DNA of 32,000 bases from Pelotomaculum isophthalicicum JI (GCF_029478095.1 NZ_JAKOAV010000015.1:3332-35331); one strand, 5' to 3'; shown: positions 1-9,776, counted from the first letter of the stretch. Numbers and translations: made by a program. Notes: generated from the letters alone by a model not told the origin.

Positions 1-359
1 AAGAAAAAAAGGTTATCGCAAACGACTGTGGTGATCCCGCGGCATAGAGCGGCTTCCGCCAGGCTGACTGGATTGTATATCCCCCACGGGTGAGAGTGCG
101 GTTCAATCAGGGCGGGGCAGAGGTAGAATCCTTCCGCGTCGATAATCGCTGTGTTTGCGCCCACCATTTTTTCACTACTGCCCACATATGCGATTTTGTC
201 CCGCCATATTGCGATATTGGCCGGATAAATTTCACCGGAGAGCACGTTCACCAGTGAACCGCCCTTAAGATAACAATCGGCCTCCCGCCTGCCGGCAGAC
301 ACATCCAGCAATTCTTGGAGACCTTTAGCCGGTGCTGACAAAATACCACCCCGTCTCAT
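1..359 (-). CDS. Amidohydrolase-superfamily protein, adenine-deaminase-like (N-terminal ~119 aa only; rest lies beyond the window start)
   Basis: Own translation of the minus strand from ATG 359..357 gives MRRGGILSAPAKGLQELLDVSAGRREADCYLKGGSLVNVLSGEIYPANIAIWRDKIAYVGSSEKMVGANTAIIDAEGFYLCPALIEPHSHPWG... The pattern 'IDAEG..x..P.LIEPHSH' (HxH metal ligands) after an N-terminal beta-sandwich-like segment is typical of adenine deaminase/amidohydrolases. The ATG overlaps the stop of the upstream gene (ATGA). It is absent from the ORF track because it runs off the edge. Confidence 0.6.
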   Translation of the reverse strand, partial: MRRGGILSAPAKGLQELLDVSAGRREADCYLKGGSLVNVLSGEIYPANIAIWRDKIAYVGSSEKMVGANTAIIDAEGFYLCPALIEPHSHPWGIYNPVSLAEAALCRGITTVVCDNLFF

Positions 360-916
360 GATTTAGGCATGCCACAGTCTTTTTCCACTAGTTCCATTCC
401 TTCACGCAGGTATTGATGAGCAAGATCAACATAGAGCTGCTTGCCCCATAACCAAAATTTCCGGTCCTTGTCCTCTACATCCCGTACTATTTTAGCCGGG
501 TTACCTGCCACCACAACCCCGCCGGGAACGATTTGGCGATTCTTAACCACACATCCTTCAGCAACAATAGTCCAAAAGCCGATTTTGACATGAAGACTCA
601 ATATCGCTCCCATCCCAATAACCGCGTAATCCTCGATATTTTCCGCATGGACTACGGCGCCGTGTCCAACAGTGACACTTTTTCCAATACGGCATACACT
701 GCCTGAAAATGCATGAACAATTACACCCTCTTCCACAGCTGTGCCCAGACCTACTTCAATAGTACCATGATCGCCCCTGAGTATTGCACCAGGACCTATA
801 TAGCAATCATCACCAATTCTAATATCACCAATAAGCACAGCTGCTTCACTTACGTAACTCCTTTCGCTCACCACCGGCATTCGTCCGGCAAAACGATATA
901 AGGGCATAGACTGCAC
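356..916 (-). CDS. Left-handed beta-helix (hexapeptide repeat) protein of the gamma-carbonic-anhydrase / PaaY / CaiE family
   Basis: 186-aa ORF with repeated [LIV]G-x4 hexapeptide turns (VLIGDIRIGDDCYIGPGAILRGDHGTIEVGLGTAVEEGVIVHA...VGHGAVVHA). The track start at 916 is GTG. The ATG at 907 (MPLYRFAGRMP...) lies 9 nt after the SD AGGAAGGG and is the more likely start. Confidence 0.85.
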   Translation of the reverse strand: MQSMPLYRFAGRMPVVSERSYVSEAAVLIGDIRIGDDCYIGPGAILRGDHGTIEVGLGTAVEEGVIVHAFSGSVCRIGKSVTVGHGAVVHAENIEDYAVIGMGAILSLHVKIGFWTIVAEGCVVKNRQIVPGGVVVAGNPAKIVRDVEDKDRKFWLWGKQLYVDLAHQYLREGMELVEKDCGMPKS

Positions 917-964
917 CCCTTCCTGTTTAATCCCTGGAATGATCGAAAGATCCGTTCTAATGTG

Positions 965-2338
965 TTAATCGTCTTGAATTTTCCGCAATTTATTATATAA
1001 GGTTGTTAAAGAGATGCCCAACGCCCGGGCAGCTTCCTTTTTGCCGGCCAATGAAGGGCCGAATTTCTGAAGCGCGCGGCTGATCATCGACTTCTCCAGT
1101 TCCTCCAACGAGACAATGGATTCGGGCATTTGAGAAGGCAGCGGAGACAGGCAAATATCCTCCGCCATGATCCATTCCCCGTCGCAAAGAGTGCTTGCTT
1201 TTTCCAGGACATTTTCCAATTCACGAATGTTGCCCGGCCAGTGGTGGTTTGCCAACTTGACTAAAGCTTCGTCTTCCAGACCTTTTATCACCCTGCCCAC
1301 CCGGCAATTTATTTTAGGCAGCAAGTTCCGCGCGATCAGGGGAATATCGTCAATTCGTTCGCGCAGCGGCGGGATTTCTATACTCACTACATTCAACCGG
1401 TAATAAAGATCTATTCGAAACAAATCCTTTGCGATTAATTCTTCCAAGTTCCGGTTGGTCGCGGCAATTACACGGGTATTAACTTTAATTTCTTTAGTGC
1501 CTCCCAGGCGGCGGAACGTTCCGCTCTGGAGCACCTGCAGCAATTTGGCCTGCAGGCGCAAGTCCATGTCTCCGATCTCATCCAGGAAAATGGTCCCCTG
1601 GTTAGCTAATTCGAAAGTCCCAATTTTTTGCTGACCCGCTCCGGTAAAAGAGCCCTTTTCATAGCCGAAAAACTCGCTTTCCAAGAGATTATCCGGAATG
1701 GCCGCGCAATTGACATTGATAAACGGCTGGTACCGGCGCGTGCTGGTATTATGAATGGCTTCAGCAAACAACTGCTTTCCCGTGCCGCTTTCTCCCCGTA
1801 AAAGCACGGTTGAGTCTGTCCGCGAAACACGCCGGGCTAAAGCTAAGGATTTTTTAAAGCATTGAGTTTTACCCGCTATGTTACTAAAATCATATCTTGT
1901 AAAATCATATCTTGCCTGTTCAATCTGCTCAGAGATATTGGATGAAAAACGGATGTCCTTTCTGGCTTTAGCCAATTCACCCAGCACGTTTATCGCCTCC
2001 GCGGCCTCACGGAAGAATACAATCGCCCCGACAAACTGGTCGCCTATATGGATTGGAAAAGCATTGGAAAAGACTTCAGTATGCGCTCCCAGCGGTATGT
2101 GTTTTTTGCCAAAAACCGGTTGACCAGTCAATAAAACTTCTGTTAAGGCCCCGTGCGGGTTCGTTTTCAATATGTTTTTGCCAACCCGTTTCTGTCCGTC
2201 ACTCCTGCAAATTAACGAATATGATTTATTCGCGTACATTATATTGCCTTCATCATCAGCAAGAAGAATTCCCTCCGGAGAAGAGTCCAGAACTGCATGA
2301 CCAAGCTGACCGATGCTTTTTACAAGGCTCTTAAACAA
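965..2338 (-). CDS. Sigma-54-dependent transcriptional activator (N-terminal PAS-like sensor, AAA+ domain, C-terminal Fis-type HTH), copy 1
   Basis: Walker A GESGTGK, Walker B FLDEIGD, sigma-54 contact loop variant GYEKGSFTGAG (GAFTGA family), WPGNIRELEN, and C-terminal AARALGISLTTLYNKLRK HTH. TTG start preceded by SD GGGAGTGA. Confidence 0.9.
   Translation of the reverse strand: MFKSLVKSIGQLGHAVLDSSPEGILLADDEGNIMYANKSYSLICRSDGQKRVGKNILKTNPHGALTEVLLTGQPVFGKKHIPLGAHTEVFSNAFPIHIGDQFVGAIVFFREAAEAINVLGELAKARKDIRFSSNISEQIEQARYDFTRYDFSNIAGKTQCFKKSLALARRVSRTDSTVLLRGESGTGKQLFAEAIHNTSTRRYQPFINVNCAAIPDNLLESEFFGYEKGSFTGAGQQKIGTFELANQGTIFLDEIGDMDLRLQAKLLQVLQSGTFRRLGGTKEIKVNTRVIAATNRNLEELIAKDLFRIDLYYRLNVVSIEIPPLRERIDDIPLIARNLLPKINCRVGRVIKGLEDEALVKLANHHWPGNIRELENVLEKASTLCDGEWIMAEDICLSPLPSQMPESIVSLEELEKSMISRALQKFGPSLAGKKEAARALGISLTTLYNKLRKIQDD
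1886..1915. repeat. In-frame 15-bp tandem duplication (aaaatcatatcttgt / aaaatcatatcttgc) inside activator copy 1
   Basis: Two adjacent 15-mers differ at one base. They encode RYDFT-RYDFS in the sensor-to-AAA+ linker. The paralogue at 10538..11896 has a single copy (IYDFN). Confidence 0.9.
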
Positions 2339-2484
2339 GATTTCTCACTCCCTGAGTTAATCATTCTTACCATAAGTATTGTTCTAAATTAAGGTAGAAC
2401 TCCCACCGGTAAAAGTGGGAGTAGTATTAAAATTGGAAAAATTACAAATAATATTCTTCCACAAAACAGCGTATCTTTTTTGCA

Positions 2485-4341
2485 TTACCCTACTTTAAAA
2501 TGATTGGCAAGCGCTTCCAGTTCTTCTGCCAGCACGGCAAGGTGCTGGGTGGTGGAAGAAACTTCTTCCATGGTGGCTGTCTCTTCCTCGGCTGCCGCGG
2601 CCACGTTCTGCACCGCCATAGTTATTTCTTCGGTTGCTTTAACAACCGATTGGATCTCGCTTGCCAGACACTGTACCGATGACTGGATTTTATTGAATAT
2701 TTCACCCATGTCCTGAACCACTGCCGTACCGGCTTGCACATTAACGACGCTTTCATTCATGCTTTGGACAGATTTTTGCGATCCTTGCTGGATAGTATTG
2801 ATCAGTAGATTGATTTCTCTCGCGGCGCCGGCAGACTGCTCGGCCAATTTTCTCACTTCTTCGGCCACCACCGCAAACCCCAGGCCTTGCTCGCCGGCCC
2901 TGGCCGCCTCGATCGCGGCATTTAGCGCCAGCAAATTAGTCTGGTCGGCAAATTGCGTAATCAATTCGACGATCTTGGAAATTTTTATGGCCGATTCGTT
3001 TAGTTGGTTTATAACTTCCATGCCGGTGGCCGTGGTCTGCTGGATCGAGTTCATCTGCACGGTAATGCGCTGGACAGCGTCGCTGCCCTCCCCGGCGAAT
3101 TCAGTGGTCTGCACGGAAACGCCGGCAATCCGGTGGGCGTTCGCAGATATCTGTTCTACTGTACTGGCTACCTGGCTAATTGTAGTAGCCGTTTCGTTAG
3201 CCCCTGCCGCCACATTTTCGGCGTTGGCTGACAGTTCGTTGGACGAAGCGGCGACGGTCTTGGATTTTTCCTGAAGATGATTGACAACCGACTTTAAGTT
3301 TGCCTGCATAGTGTTAAACGCTCCGGCCAGTTGATCAAATTCATCCTGCGATTTAACTTCGATTTCTTCACCGCTAAGATCACCTGCGGCAATCTTGGCA
3401 GACCTGGCGACTACTTTTTTGAGAGGAGCGATCATCCTGGTAAGAACCACACTAACAACGCCACCGGCAATCACCATAATCAGCAAAGTAATTATTAAAT
3501 AAGTAACCGGCAGGGAGGAAATCTGGGACAAAATCTCTGATACCGGCGCCGTAAGCGCCAGAGACCATTTGACGCCCGGCACCGGCGCGTAAGCGATATA
3601 TTTGTCCACACCCTCAAAAGCATAACGCGCTTTACCATTCTCGCCTTTAGTCATTTTTTGGGTTGCGTCCACCAAATCTGGCGAAGTGCCGCTGTCTTTT
3701 AACGGATTGTATTTCATTACCAAATCTTGCTGCGGGTGGGCTATAAACAAACCGTCACCTTGAATCATATAAGCGTAGCCGGTTTTACCCACCTTGATCA
3801 AAGAGATCCTTCGCAACAGGTCATCCAATAAGACAGCTCCGCCTGCGACACCAATAATTTCGTTGTTTCTTTTAATTGGCGAGGCCGCGGTAATAATCCA
3901 ATTTCCGGTAGTTTTAGAAACCACCGGATCGGAAATCACCGTTTCGCCCGTAGCCATTACTTTTTTAAAATAATCCCGGTCACCCATATTAGCCGACATT
4001 CCCAATGAATTAAAATAACTGCCTGTCCTATCGGCAACATAAAGCGTTTCGTATTTTCCATTGCGCTGAACCTCGGCGGCCAAATAAGCGACAATCATCT
4101 CGCGGTTGTTGTTATTGATCAGCGACAGCGAATTAGCGAGTAATTCCGCTTCAGCTTTCCGGACATCCAGCCACAGGGCAACCTCGTTGCTTGAGGCTAT
4201 AACCAGGGACGCAAGCGACTGCTCAATATTGTCAGTTAAAAGTTGCTTCGTCTTAACATAGTTCGAAAAAGACAAACTACCCAGGCCCACCGTCAGGATG
4301 GCGATAATAATTATCAACAGTTTAGTCTTGAAGCTTTTCAC
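2485..4341 (-). CDS. Methyl-accepting chemotaxis protein (N-terminal TM, Cache-like extracellular sensor, second TM, HAMP, MA signalling domain)
   Basis: 618 aa. TM1 is [16 protein letters not shown] and TM2 is [26 protein letters not shown] segment ([12 protein letters not shown]...[12 protein letters not shown]). Highly conserved MCP hairpin tip [40 protein letters not shown] start with SD GAGAGGAG, only 13 bp after the ubiX stop. Confidence 0.9.
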   Translation of the reverse strand: MKSFKTKLLIIIIAILTVGLGSLSFSNYVKTKQLLTDNIEQSLASLVIASSNEVALWLDVRKAEAELLANSLSLINNNNREMIVAYLAAEVQRNGKYETLYVADRTGSYFNSLGMSANMGDRDYFKKVMATGETVISDPVVSKTTGNWIITAASPIKRNNEIIGVAGGAVLLDDLLRRISLIKVGKTGYAYMIQGDGLFIAHPQQDLVMKYNPLKDSGTSPDLVDATQKMTKGENGKARYAFEGVDKYIAYAPVPGVKWSLALTAPVSEILSQISSLPVTYLIITLLIMVIAGGVVSVVLTRMIAPLKKVVARSAKIAAGDLSGEEIEVKSQDEFDQLAGAFNTMQANLKSVVNHLQEKSKTVAASSNELSANAENVAAGANETATTISQVASTVEQISANAHRIAGVSVQTTEFAGEGSDAVQRITVQMNSIQQTTATGMEVINQLNESAIKISKIVELITQFADQTNLLALNAAIEAARAGEQGLGFAVVAEEVRKLAEQSAGAAREINLLINTIQQGSQKSVQSMNESVVNVQAGTAVVQDMGEIFNKIQSSVQCLASEIQSVVKATEEITMAVQNVAAAAEEETATMEEVSSTTQHLAVLAEELEALANHFKVG

Positions 4342-4354
4342 AATTATACTCCTC

Positions 4355-5002
4355 TCAGTATTGAGCCGCTTGACTTACTTCGTTTGACTTCACTGCTCGC
4401 TGTCCGACCAAACCTACCTCACCCCACCGGCGCGTCAGGTTATGCGGCAAGCCAAATTGATCCATCACCCGCCCCACCAGATGGTTGACCAAATCGTCGA
4501 TGGTAGCCGGGTGATTGTAGAAAGCCGGCATGGGCGGGACCAGATACGCGCCGGCCCTGTTTACTGCAAGCATGTTCTCAAGATGGATCGCGCTCAAAGG
4601 AGTCTCCCGCGGGACCAGGATCAGTTTCTTTCGTTCTTTCAGCATCACGTCGGCGGCGCGGATAATGAGGTTTTCAGACAGGCCATGCGCTATTGACCCC
4701 AGTGTTTTCATACTGCAGGGGATGACGGCCATACCGCTGGTCTGGAATGAACCGCTGGCAACCGGCGCTCCCACATTACGGAGGTCGTGGCAGAAATGAG
4801 CCATTTTGCGTACCGCCTCAACAGTGTAACTTGTTTCCAGCACAATTGTTTTCTCGGCCCAACCGCTCAAGATAAGGTGAGTTTCCACTCCAGGGCATTC
4901 CTGCAAAGCTTCAAGCAACCGAACGCCGTAAATTGCTCCGGTAGCTCCAGTGATGGCGACAACAATTTTCTGAACATCCATTTTTTGTACCCTCCTGACC
5001 AT
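4355..5002 (-). CDS. ubiX: Flavin prenyltransferase UbiX (prFMN synthase)
   Basis: [22 protein letters not shown]...[43 protein letters not shown] is the UbiX/Pad1 signature. The internal ATG at 4981 ([12 protein letters not shown]) follows AGGAGG by 9 nt and is the more likely start than 5002. Confidence 0.9.
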   Translation of the reverse strand: MVRRVQKMDVQKIVVAITGATGAIYGVRLLEALQECPGVETHLILSGWAEKTIVLETSYTVEAVRKMAHFCHDLRNVGAPVASGSFQTSGMAVIPCSMKTLGSIAHGLSENLIIRAADVMLKERKKLILVPRETPLSAIHLENMLAVNRAGAYLVPPMPAFYNHPATIDDLVNHLVGRVMDQFGLPHNLTRRWGEVGLVGQRAVKSNEVSQAAQY

Positions 5003-5062
5003 ATCATTGAGCGACTTATGAACTGTTCAGTAAAACCCGTAAAAATCGTGCGTTCCGCAAAC

Positions 5063-6328
5063 TTAGCTGTGAGCGTTAACAGCTCCGCCGGTTTCAGCAT
5101 TGGGACGTAAAAAAGACTTAACATTTTCCCTTTCGAAAATCAATGAAACTATTATGCCAACTAGTAAGGACCATACCGGGGAACTGATATTGTATATTGT
5201 AAAATTGGAGTAAGCGACGATAAATGCGAAAAAGGCACCCATTTGGAATTTATTCTTGCCGCTAAAAGCCACTTCAAACGCAGTGATAAACAAGCTTATC
5301 ATAGCCAGGCCCGCCAGAACGTTGGCAACGGTTGCAGGCAAAGACCTTAAAAAAGGTACCAGCAACCCGCCAATAAAGGCGATGAAAACTTGGATAACCC
5401 CTTTTATCAATCCCGCGACCCACCTGCAATCTTTGGGACCGGCGTCATCACAGGAAGTTATGGCGGTCACCGGACCGGCGACCGTAATGCTGTGCGCCAG
5501 TAAAAAGGCGCCTATTGTTGAGCAAATACCGGTAGATGTAATCATTGTATTGACAGGCGCGTCAAATCCATTGGCTCTTAAAATGCCATAACCTTTTAAA
5601 AAGTCGGCCAGGCCCAGCAATACCAACGGCACACCGATAGATAATATCGCGGCAAAACCAAAGTCGGGTTTAACCAAAACAGGCGCGTAAAACAGATCCC
5701 CCACCGCCATTTTCGACTTCATCAAGTACATGCTCGCTATTACGCCAACAACCAGCGCGATCGCCTGGGGCGGGATCTTTTTTGTAAAAAGACGGCTGAT
5801 AAAAAACGCTAACAGTGTTAATCCGGCTCCTATATAATCCTTTTGAACCGATGTAACAATTCCCATCGCGTAACTGAACAAGGCTCCCGCAATCATCCCC
5901 ATGATGATCGGCAAGGGTAAATACTTAACCACCGTTTTAATCAAGCCGGTAACACCAAGAAAGAGTAAGATCAACCCTCCGAAAATATATCCCCCGACCA
6001 TTTGTTCCAATGAAAAAACTTTCATGAGACTGCCTACTACGATGATGCCCGGCAATGAAAAGGCAATGGCTATGGGCTGCTGGTAGTAAAGAGACAAAAA
6101 AACCATTAACGCGCCGCTGATAAAATAAATCGACATAAGCCATGTAACGGTTTGCTGGTCAGTTAAATGGGCTTCGTTGGCAATGTTAATTAATAATATG
6201 ATCGGCCCGCTCAAGCTGAATACTGTTGCAATTATGGCCGCTGTGACATTATTGACATTGAAGCTATGCGGCAGGGCTTTTAAGGTTGCCATGATCCCAG
6301 GGCCACGTTCAAGTAAACCTTTAGTCAC
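5063..6328 (-). CDS. benE: BenE-family benzoate/aromatic-carboxylate membrane transporter
   Basis: 421-aa polytopic membrane protein. The N-terminal layout (..AAIIATVFSLSGPIILLINIA..LTDQQTVTWLMSIYFISGALMVFLSLYYQQPIAIAFSLPG) matches my recollection of BenE. GTG start with SD AGGAGGG 7 nt upstream. Confidence 0.7.
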   Translation of the reverse strand: MTKGLLERGPGIMATLKALPHSFNVNNVTAAIIATVFSLSGPIILLINIANEAHLTDQQTVTWLMSIYFISGALMVFLSLYYQQPIAIAFSLPGIIVVGSLMKVFSLEQMVGGYIFGGLILLFLGVTGLIKTVVKYLPLPIIMGMIAGALFSYAMGIVTSVQKDYIGAGLTLLAFFISRLFTKKIPPQAIALVVGVIASMYLMKSKMAVGDLFYAPVLVKPDFGFAAILSIGVPLVLLGLADFLKGYGILRANGFDAPVNTMITSTGICSTIGAFLLAHSITVAGPVTAITSCDDAGPKDCRWVAGLIKGVIQVFIAFIGGLLVPFLRSLPATVANVLAGLAMISLFITAFEVAFSGKNKFQMGAFFAFIVAYSNFTIYNISSPVWSLLVGIIVSLIFERENVKSFLRPNAETGGAVNAHS

Positions 6329-6350
6329 GCTAAACCCTCCTAATCTTTTT

Positions 6351-6366
6351 ATAGATCTAGATCTAT
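6351..6366. repeat. 16-bp perfect palindrome ATAGATCTAGATCTAT just upstream of the transporter start; candidate operator
   Basis: The sequence equals its own reverse complement and lies about 23 nt upstream of the GTG at 6328. The function is an inference. Confidence 0.4.
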
Positions 6367-6508
6367 CCGACTATTAAACGTTCCCAATAGGAAGAAATTT
6401 TGGGGGCGGTTATAATCGCCCCCTAAGGGAGTATTCTGAGGACTGTATTATCATTGTCCCCTTCTGTATTTATATTGTAATACAAATTTAATTGACTCTC
6501 CTTGGCCG

Positions 6509-7810
6509 TTACGCCCGCTTGCTCCGCTCGTCGATAAACCGTTTGCCTTTATAATCCGAACGCGCGAGCGTTCCTCTAGGCACCGTCTGGATTTCGACCC
6601 GCAGGTTGAGACGTTTTTTCATTTCGGTGGTAATGATCTCGCTTACATCTTTTGACTCGGGGGTTGTTTCAATTTGTATTTTCAACTCGTCCATGTCACC
6701 CCGGCGGAAAGCTGTAATCAGGTATTCATTGCCGAGCTCCAGATACTCTTCCACGATATTTGCCATGGTGCTCGGGAAAACGTTTACCCCCCGGACGATC
6801 AGCATTTCATCCTGCCTCCCCAGCACCCCTCCGATTAACTTGCCGAAGGTCCGGCCGCAGGCGCAAGACGATCTTTCCAACCGCACCCGGTCATTGGTCC
6901 GGTAACGGATGGCCGGACTGCACGTGCGCCCCAGGTTCGTGAGCACCAGTTCGCCGATTTCACCGTCCGCCACACTTTTCCCGGTTTTCGAATCCAATAC
7001 TTCCACGATAAACTCGCTCTCGATGATGTGCAAGGCCTGGTTGTCCTGGTCGCACATAAAAGCGTAGGTGCCGGTCTCGGTCAGTCCCGGGTACTCAAAC
7101 ACTTTCGCTCCCCAGGCTCTTTCAAGTTTCTCCCGCACGGCGGGTATCATCGCACCCGGCTCCCCGGCCAGGATAAGCACCCGGATGGACGAGCCGGCCA
7201 GGTCTATTCCCAGATCCTGGGCCGCCTCGGCCAAGCGCAGCATATAAGTCGGCGTGCCGATAATCAAAGTGGCGTTGTTTTCACCGATGCAGCTCAAACG
7301 TTGCTCGGTGGTCCACCCCCCGGTGGGAATTGTCAATACGTCCAGGTGCTGCGCCGCTTCGTAAACACCCCAGAAAGCGGTGTAAGGGCCAAAGTTAAAG
7401 GGCAACAGCAAAACGTCTTTGCTGCTAATACCCGCCGCCGCCAGGGAATGGGCCATGCACCGCGCCCGCCAGAGCCAGCATTCTTTTGTATCAAGCCATT
7501 TCAACGGCTTGCCGGTGGTGCCGGTAGTCTGGTGGAACTGGACATAGTTCTCGAACGGTTCCGTTAAGTTGGTCCCGAAAACGGGGTTCTCTTCCTGATC
7601 CTTCTGAAAATCTTTTTTAGTCGAAAAGGGCAGCTTTACGATGTCGTCAAGATTCCGGATGTCTTCAAGCGCCACCCCGTGTTTTTTAAAACTATTCTGG
7701 TAAAACCGGTTGCTCTGGTATACCTTTTTCAGCATGTCTTGCAGTTTTTGCCATTGAATCTCCCGTATCTTTTCAAGCGGAGCTGTTTCAGTTGCCGCGT
7801 CATAAAACAT
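6509..7810 (-). CDS. Phenylacetate-CoA-ligase-like (PaaK / coenzyme F390 synthetase family) aryl-carboxylate:CoA ligase
   Basis: 433 aa, the short adenylate-forming-enzyme size class. Motifs FHQTTGTTGKPLKW (P-loop-like A3 motif), YPGLTETG and C-terminal RSDYKGKRFIDER. ATG with SD GGGAGG. Confidence 0.85.
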   Translation of the reverse strand: MFYDAATETAPLEKIREIQWQKLQDMLKKVYQSNRFYQNSFKKHGVALEDIRNLDDIVKLPFSTKKDFQKDQEENPVFGTNLTEPFENYVQFHQTTGTTGKPLKWLDTKECWLWRARCMAHSLAAAGISSKDVLLLPFNFGPYTAFWGVYEAAQHLDVLTIPTGGWTTEQRLSCIGENNATLIIGTPTYMLRLAEAAQDLGIDLAGSSIRVLILAGEPGAMIPAVREKLERAWGAKVFEYPGLTETGTYAFMCDQDNQALHIIESEFIVEVLDSKTGKSVADGEIGELVLTNLGRTCSPAIRYRTNDRVRLERSSCACGRTFGKLIGGVLGRQDEMLIVRGVNVFPSTMANIVEEYLELGNEYLITAFRRGDMDELKIQIETTPESKDVSEIITTEMKKRLNLRVEIQTVPRGTLARSDYKGKRFIDERSKRA

Positions 7811-7846
7811 TAACTAACCTCCCACCTTTCTCCGGACATAGGTCGC

Positions 7847-8137
7847 TTACCGGTTCATGCAGCTAAAGACATCGGTATAAGGACGGCCTTTAACATAGTC
7901 AGGCAGTTCTTTCACAATTTTAATCGCCCATGGCTGCGGATCAAGCACACCCATTTCCGAACGCACCCAGAGTGTGTCCGCTCCCGGCAAATCCTTGGCT
8001 GAGCGGGCAATCACCGCCCTTACCTGCTTGGTATCGTATTTTCTCGGGCCCGGTGTCAGGTCCTTAATGAATATGTCTCGCTCACCATCATAAAGATCCG
8101 CGTATTTACGAACATATGTCAGGTATTCCTTGGACAT
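7847..8137 (-). CDS. 96-aa protein of unknown function between the UbiD gene and the ligase gene; possible small accessory subunit of the (de)carboxylase
   Basis: ATG with AGGAGG SD, and codon usage and GC like its neighbours. The position mirrors small subunits of UbiD-type carboxylases. No motif recognised by eye. Confidence 0.5.
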   Translation of the reverse strand: MSKEYLTYVRKYADLYDGERDIFIKDLTPGPRKYDTKQVRAVIARSAKDLPGADTLWVRSEMGVLDPQPWAIKIVKELPDYVKGRPYTDVFSCMNR

Positions 8138-8189
8138 CTAATCTTCGCCTCCTAAAAATTTATTAATCAATTAAACCAAAAGCCGGTTC

Positions 8190-9614
8190 TTAAAGTCCGT
8201 ATTCATGCCATTTCGCCAGCACTTTTTCCTTCGTTTCCTGCGAGTAAATATCTTCAAAAGTGGCTCTCGGAGGAATATTTTCTTTCGGCCACTCCAACGG
8301 CCAGGTAGCGTCGAAGGCCGCGAACGCTCCCTTGAGGATACGCCGTTCGTCAGCATCGTAGCAGGGGGTGAGGGCATTGGACTTGCCTACGAAGTGTTCC
8401 ACGAGGATGCTCCGTCCCGGGTGGCACTTGGTGGCAAAAGCGTGCATCCACTGCTTCATATCGAAGACATCGACATCCTTGTCCACCACGATGCATTTCA
8501 GAACCATTACCCGCCGCGCGATAAAGAAGTCGAGGACTTTCTTGGTAGTTTCGATTCCGCCTGTTTTCACCCCGACGATAGCCAGGTGGGTGACTCCTTC
8601 CGGCGGCACGTACACATCTGTTACGTCAATGCCCCGTCTCTTCAGACCAATCTTCATCCCTACGGCCGCGGTCAGAGAAGCGGCGATTGAGCTGTCGTCA
8701 ACCGGGGCGCCCAGGGCAGTCATTGATAAAATGGGGTTGTTCCGGTGCGTGATCGCCTTAATCCTGAATCCCACGCCTTCCGCCATGGTGCCGCTCCGAT
8801 AGCCCGGGTATTCGCCAAAGGGCCCGTCCGGAACGATAGCGTCCACGGGGACTTCTCCTTCAATAACGATTTCCGCATTGGCCGGCACCATAATGTCGCA
8901 TGTCTCGCACTTCACCAGGTCAACCGGTTCTCCCCGCAAGGATCCGGCCACCTCGACCTCATTCACGCCAGGCTTTAACGGCGCGGTGGCTACCATATGA
9001 TCGAGGGGATGCGAGCCAATGACTATAGCTACCGGCATATCCTGGCCCTTAGGCACGTATCTCTCGTTCAGGATCATGGCAAACTGGCTGGTAGTCTGGG
9101 GCCAGCCGGCAAGAAAATTCTTGTTGTGGATCATGAAGCGGTACATGCCCCAGTTCGTCCAGTTGACTTCCGGGTCTTTATTTATGATTATGTCCCAGGT
9201 GGCGATGTAGCGCCCGCCGTCTCCCTCGTGAATGAGCGGCGCCGGGAGCTTGTAGATGTCCGCGTCTGCCCCGACGAAAACATTTTCCTTGCAGGGTGCG
9301 TCTTTGCGATCAACGATATTGGGCTGAACACGCCCTTGAATCCGCTCTTCATATATCTTGTAAATCTCACGTAACGGCGTGTCCGCATCCAATCCCATCG
9401 CGAGAGCTACCCGCCGCCAGGTGCCGCACTCGCCGTTAACGACGGAGTATCCCGGGTAATCTTTCACATTCTCGAACCAAAGGCACGGGCCGTACTGGTC
9501 GTACACCCGGCGGCTGATCGCTCCTAATTCAATATCCCAATCCACTTCCTTTTTGATTCGCACCAATTCTCCATTTTTCTCAAGAACGTTGATAAAATGC
9601 CTCAAATCTTTCAC
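8190..9614 (-). CDS. UbiD-family prFMN-dependent (de)carboxylase
   Basis: 474 aa. N-terminus MKDLRHFINVLEKNGELVRIKKEVDWDIELGAISRR and the central FGEYPGY / GSHP segments are typical of UbiD enzymes. GTG start with SD GGAGGGAG. Confidence 0.9.
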   Translation of the reverse strand: MKDLRHFINVLEKNGELVRIKKEVDWDIELGAISRRVYDQYGPCLWFENVKDYPGYSVVNGECGTWRRVALAMGLDADTPLREIYKIYEERIQGRVQPNIVDRKDAPCKENVFVGADADIYKLPAPLIHEGDGGRYIATWDIIINKDPEVNWTNWGMYRFMIHNKNFLAGWPQTTSQFAMILNERYVPKGQDMPVAIVIGSHPLDHMVATAPLKPGVNEVEVAGSLRGEPVDLVKCETCDIMVPANAEIVIEGEVPVDAIVPDGPFGEYPGYRSGTMAEGVGFRIKAITHRNNPILSMTALGAPVDDSSIAASLTAAVGMKIGLKRRGIDVTDVYVPPEGVTHLAIVGVKTGGIETTKKVLDFFIARRVMVLKCIVVDKDVDVFDMKQWMHAFATKCHPGRSILVEHFVGKSNALTPCYDADERRILKGAFAAFDATWPLEWPKENIPPRATFEDIYSQETKEKVLAKWHEYGL

Positions 9615-9704
9615 TGGTGATTCTCTCCCTCCATGACATATTTTTGCTATTAGACTTTCTTCGGCTCCGCGGTTGCCTTAAAAGTAAAAGCTGATTATAT
9701 TAAA

Positions 9705-9720
9705 AGCAATTTATATACCA
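9705..9720 (-). promoter_or_regulatory. Sigma-54 (-24/-12) promoter driving the UbiD operon
   Basis: Minus strand reads TGGTATATAAATTGCT. GG and GC have the canonical spacing of TGGCAC-N5-TTGCW. It lies about 90 nt upstream of the UbiD start, and two sigma-54 activators are encoded nearby. Confidence 0.7.
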
Positions 9721-9776
9721 AGTCCTATTCCCAATAAAATCACCGTTTTATGACGTTCTTCTATCATTAGACTTGC

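Noticed and set aside
2400-2421. Hairpin CTCCCAC-n8-GTGGGAG downstream of the MCP gene as an intrinsic terminator
   Set aside because: On the minus strand the stem is followed by TTCTACCTTAATTT rather than a clean U-tract. It may attenuate transcription, but I cannot support a terminator call.
2759-3274. 171-aa plus-strand ORF, and many similar plus-strand ORFs in the track (e.g. 7028..7567, 8205..8690, 12819..13385, 21067..21534, 25563..25949)
   Set aside because: All lie antisense to long minus-strand genes with clear family motifs. They lack Shine-Dalgarno sequences and have low-complexity, Ser/Ala/Cys-rich compositions typical of shadow ORFs.
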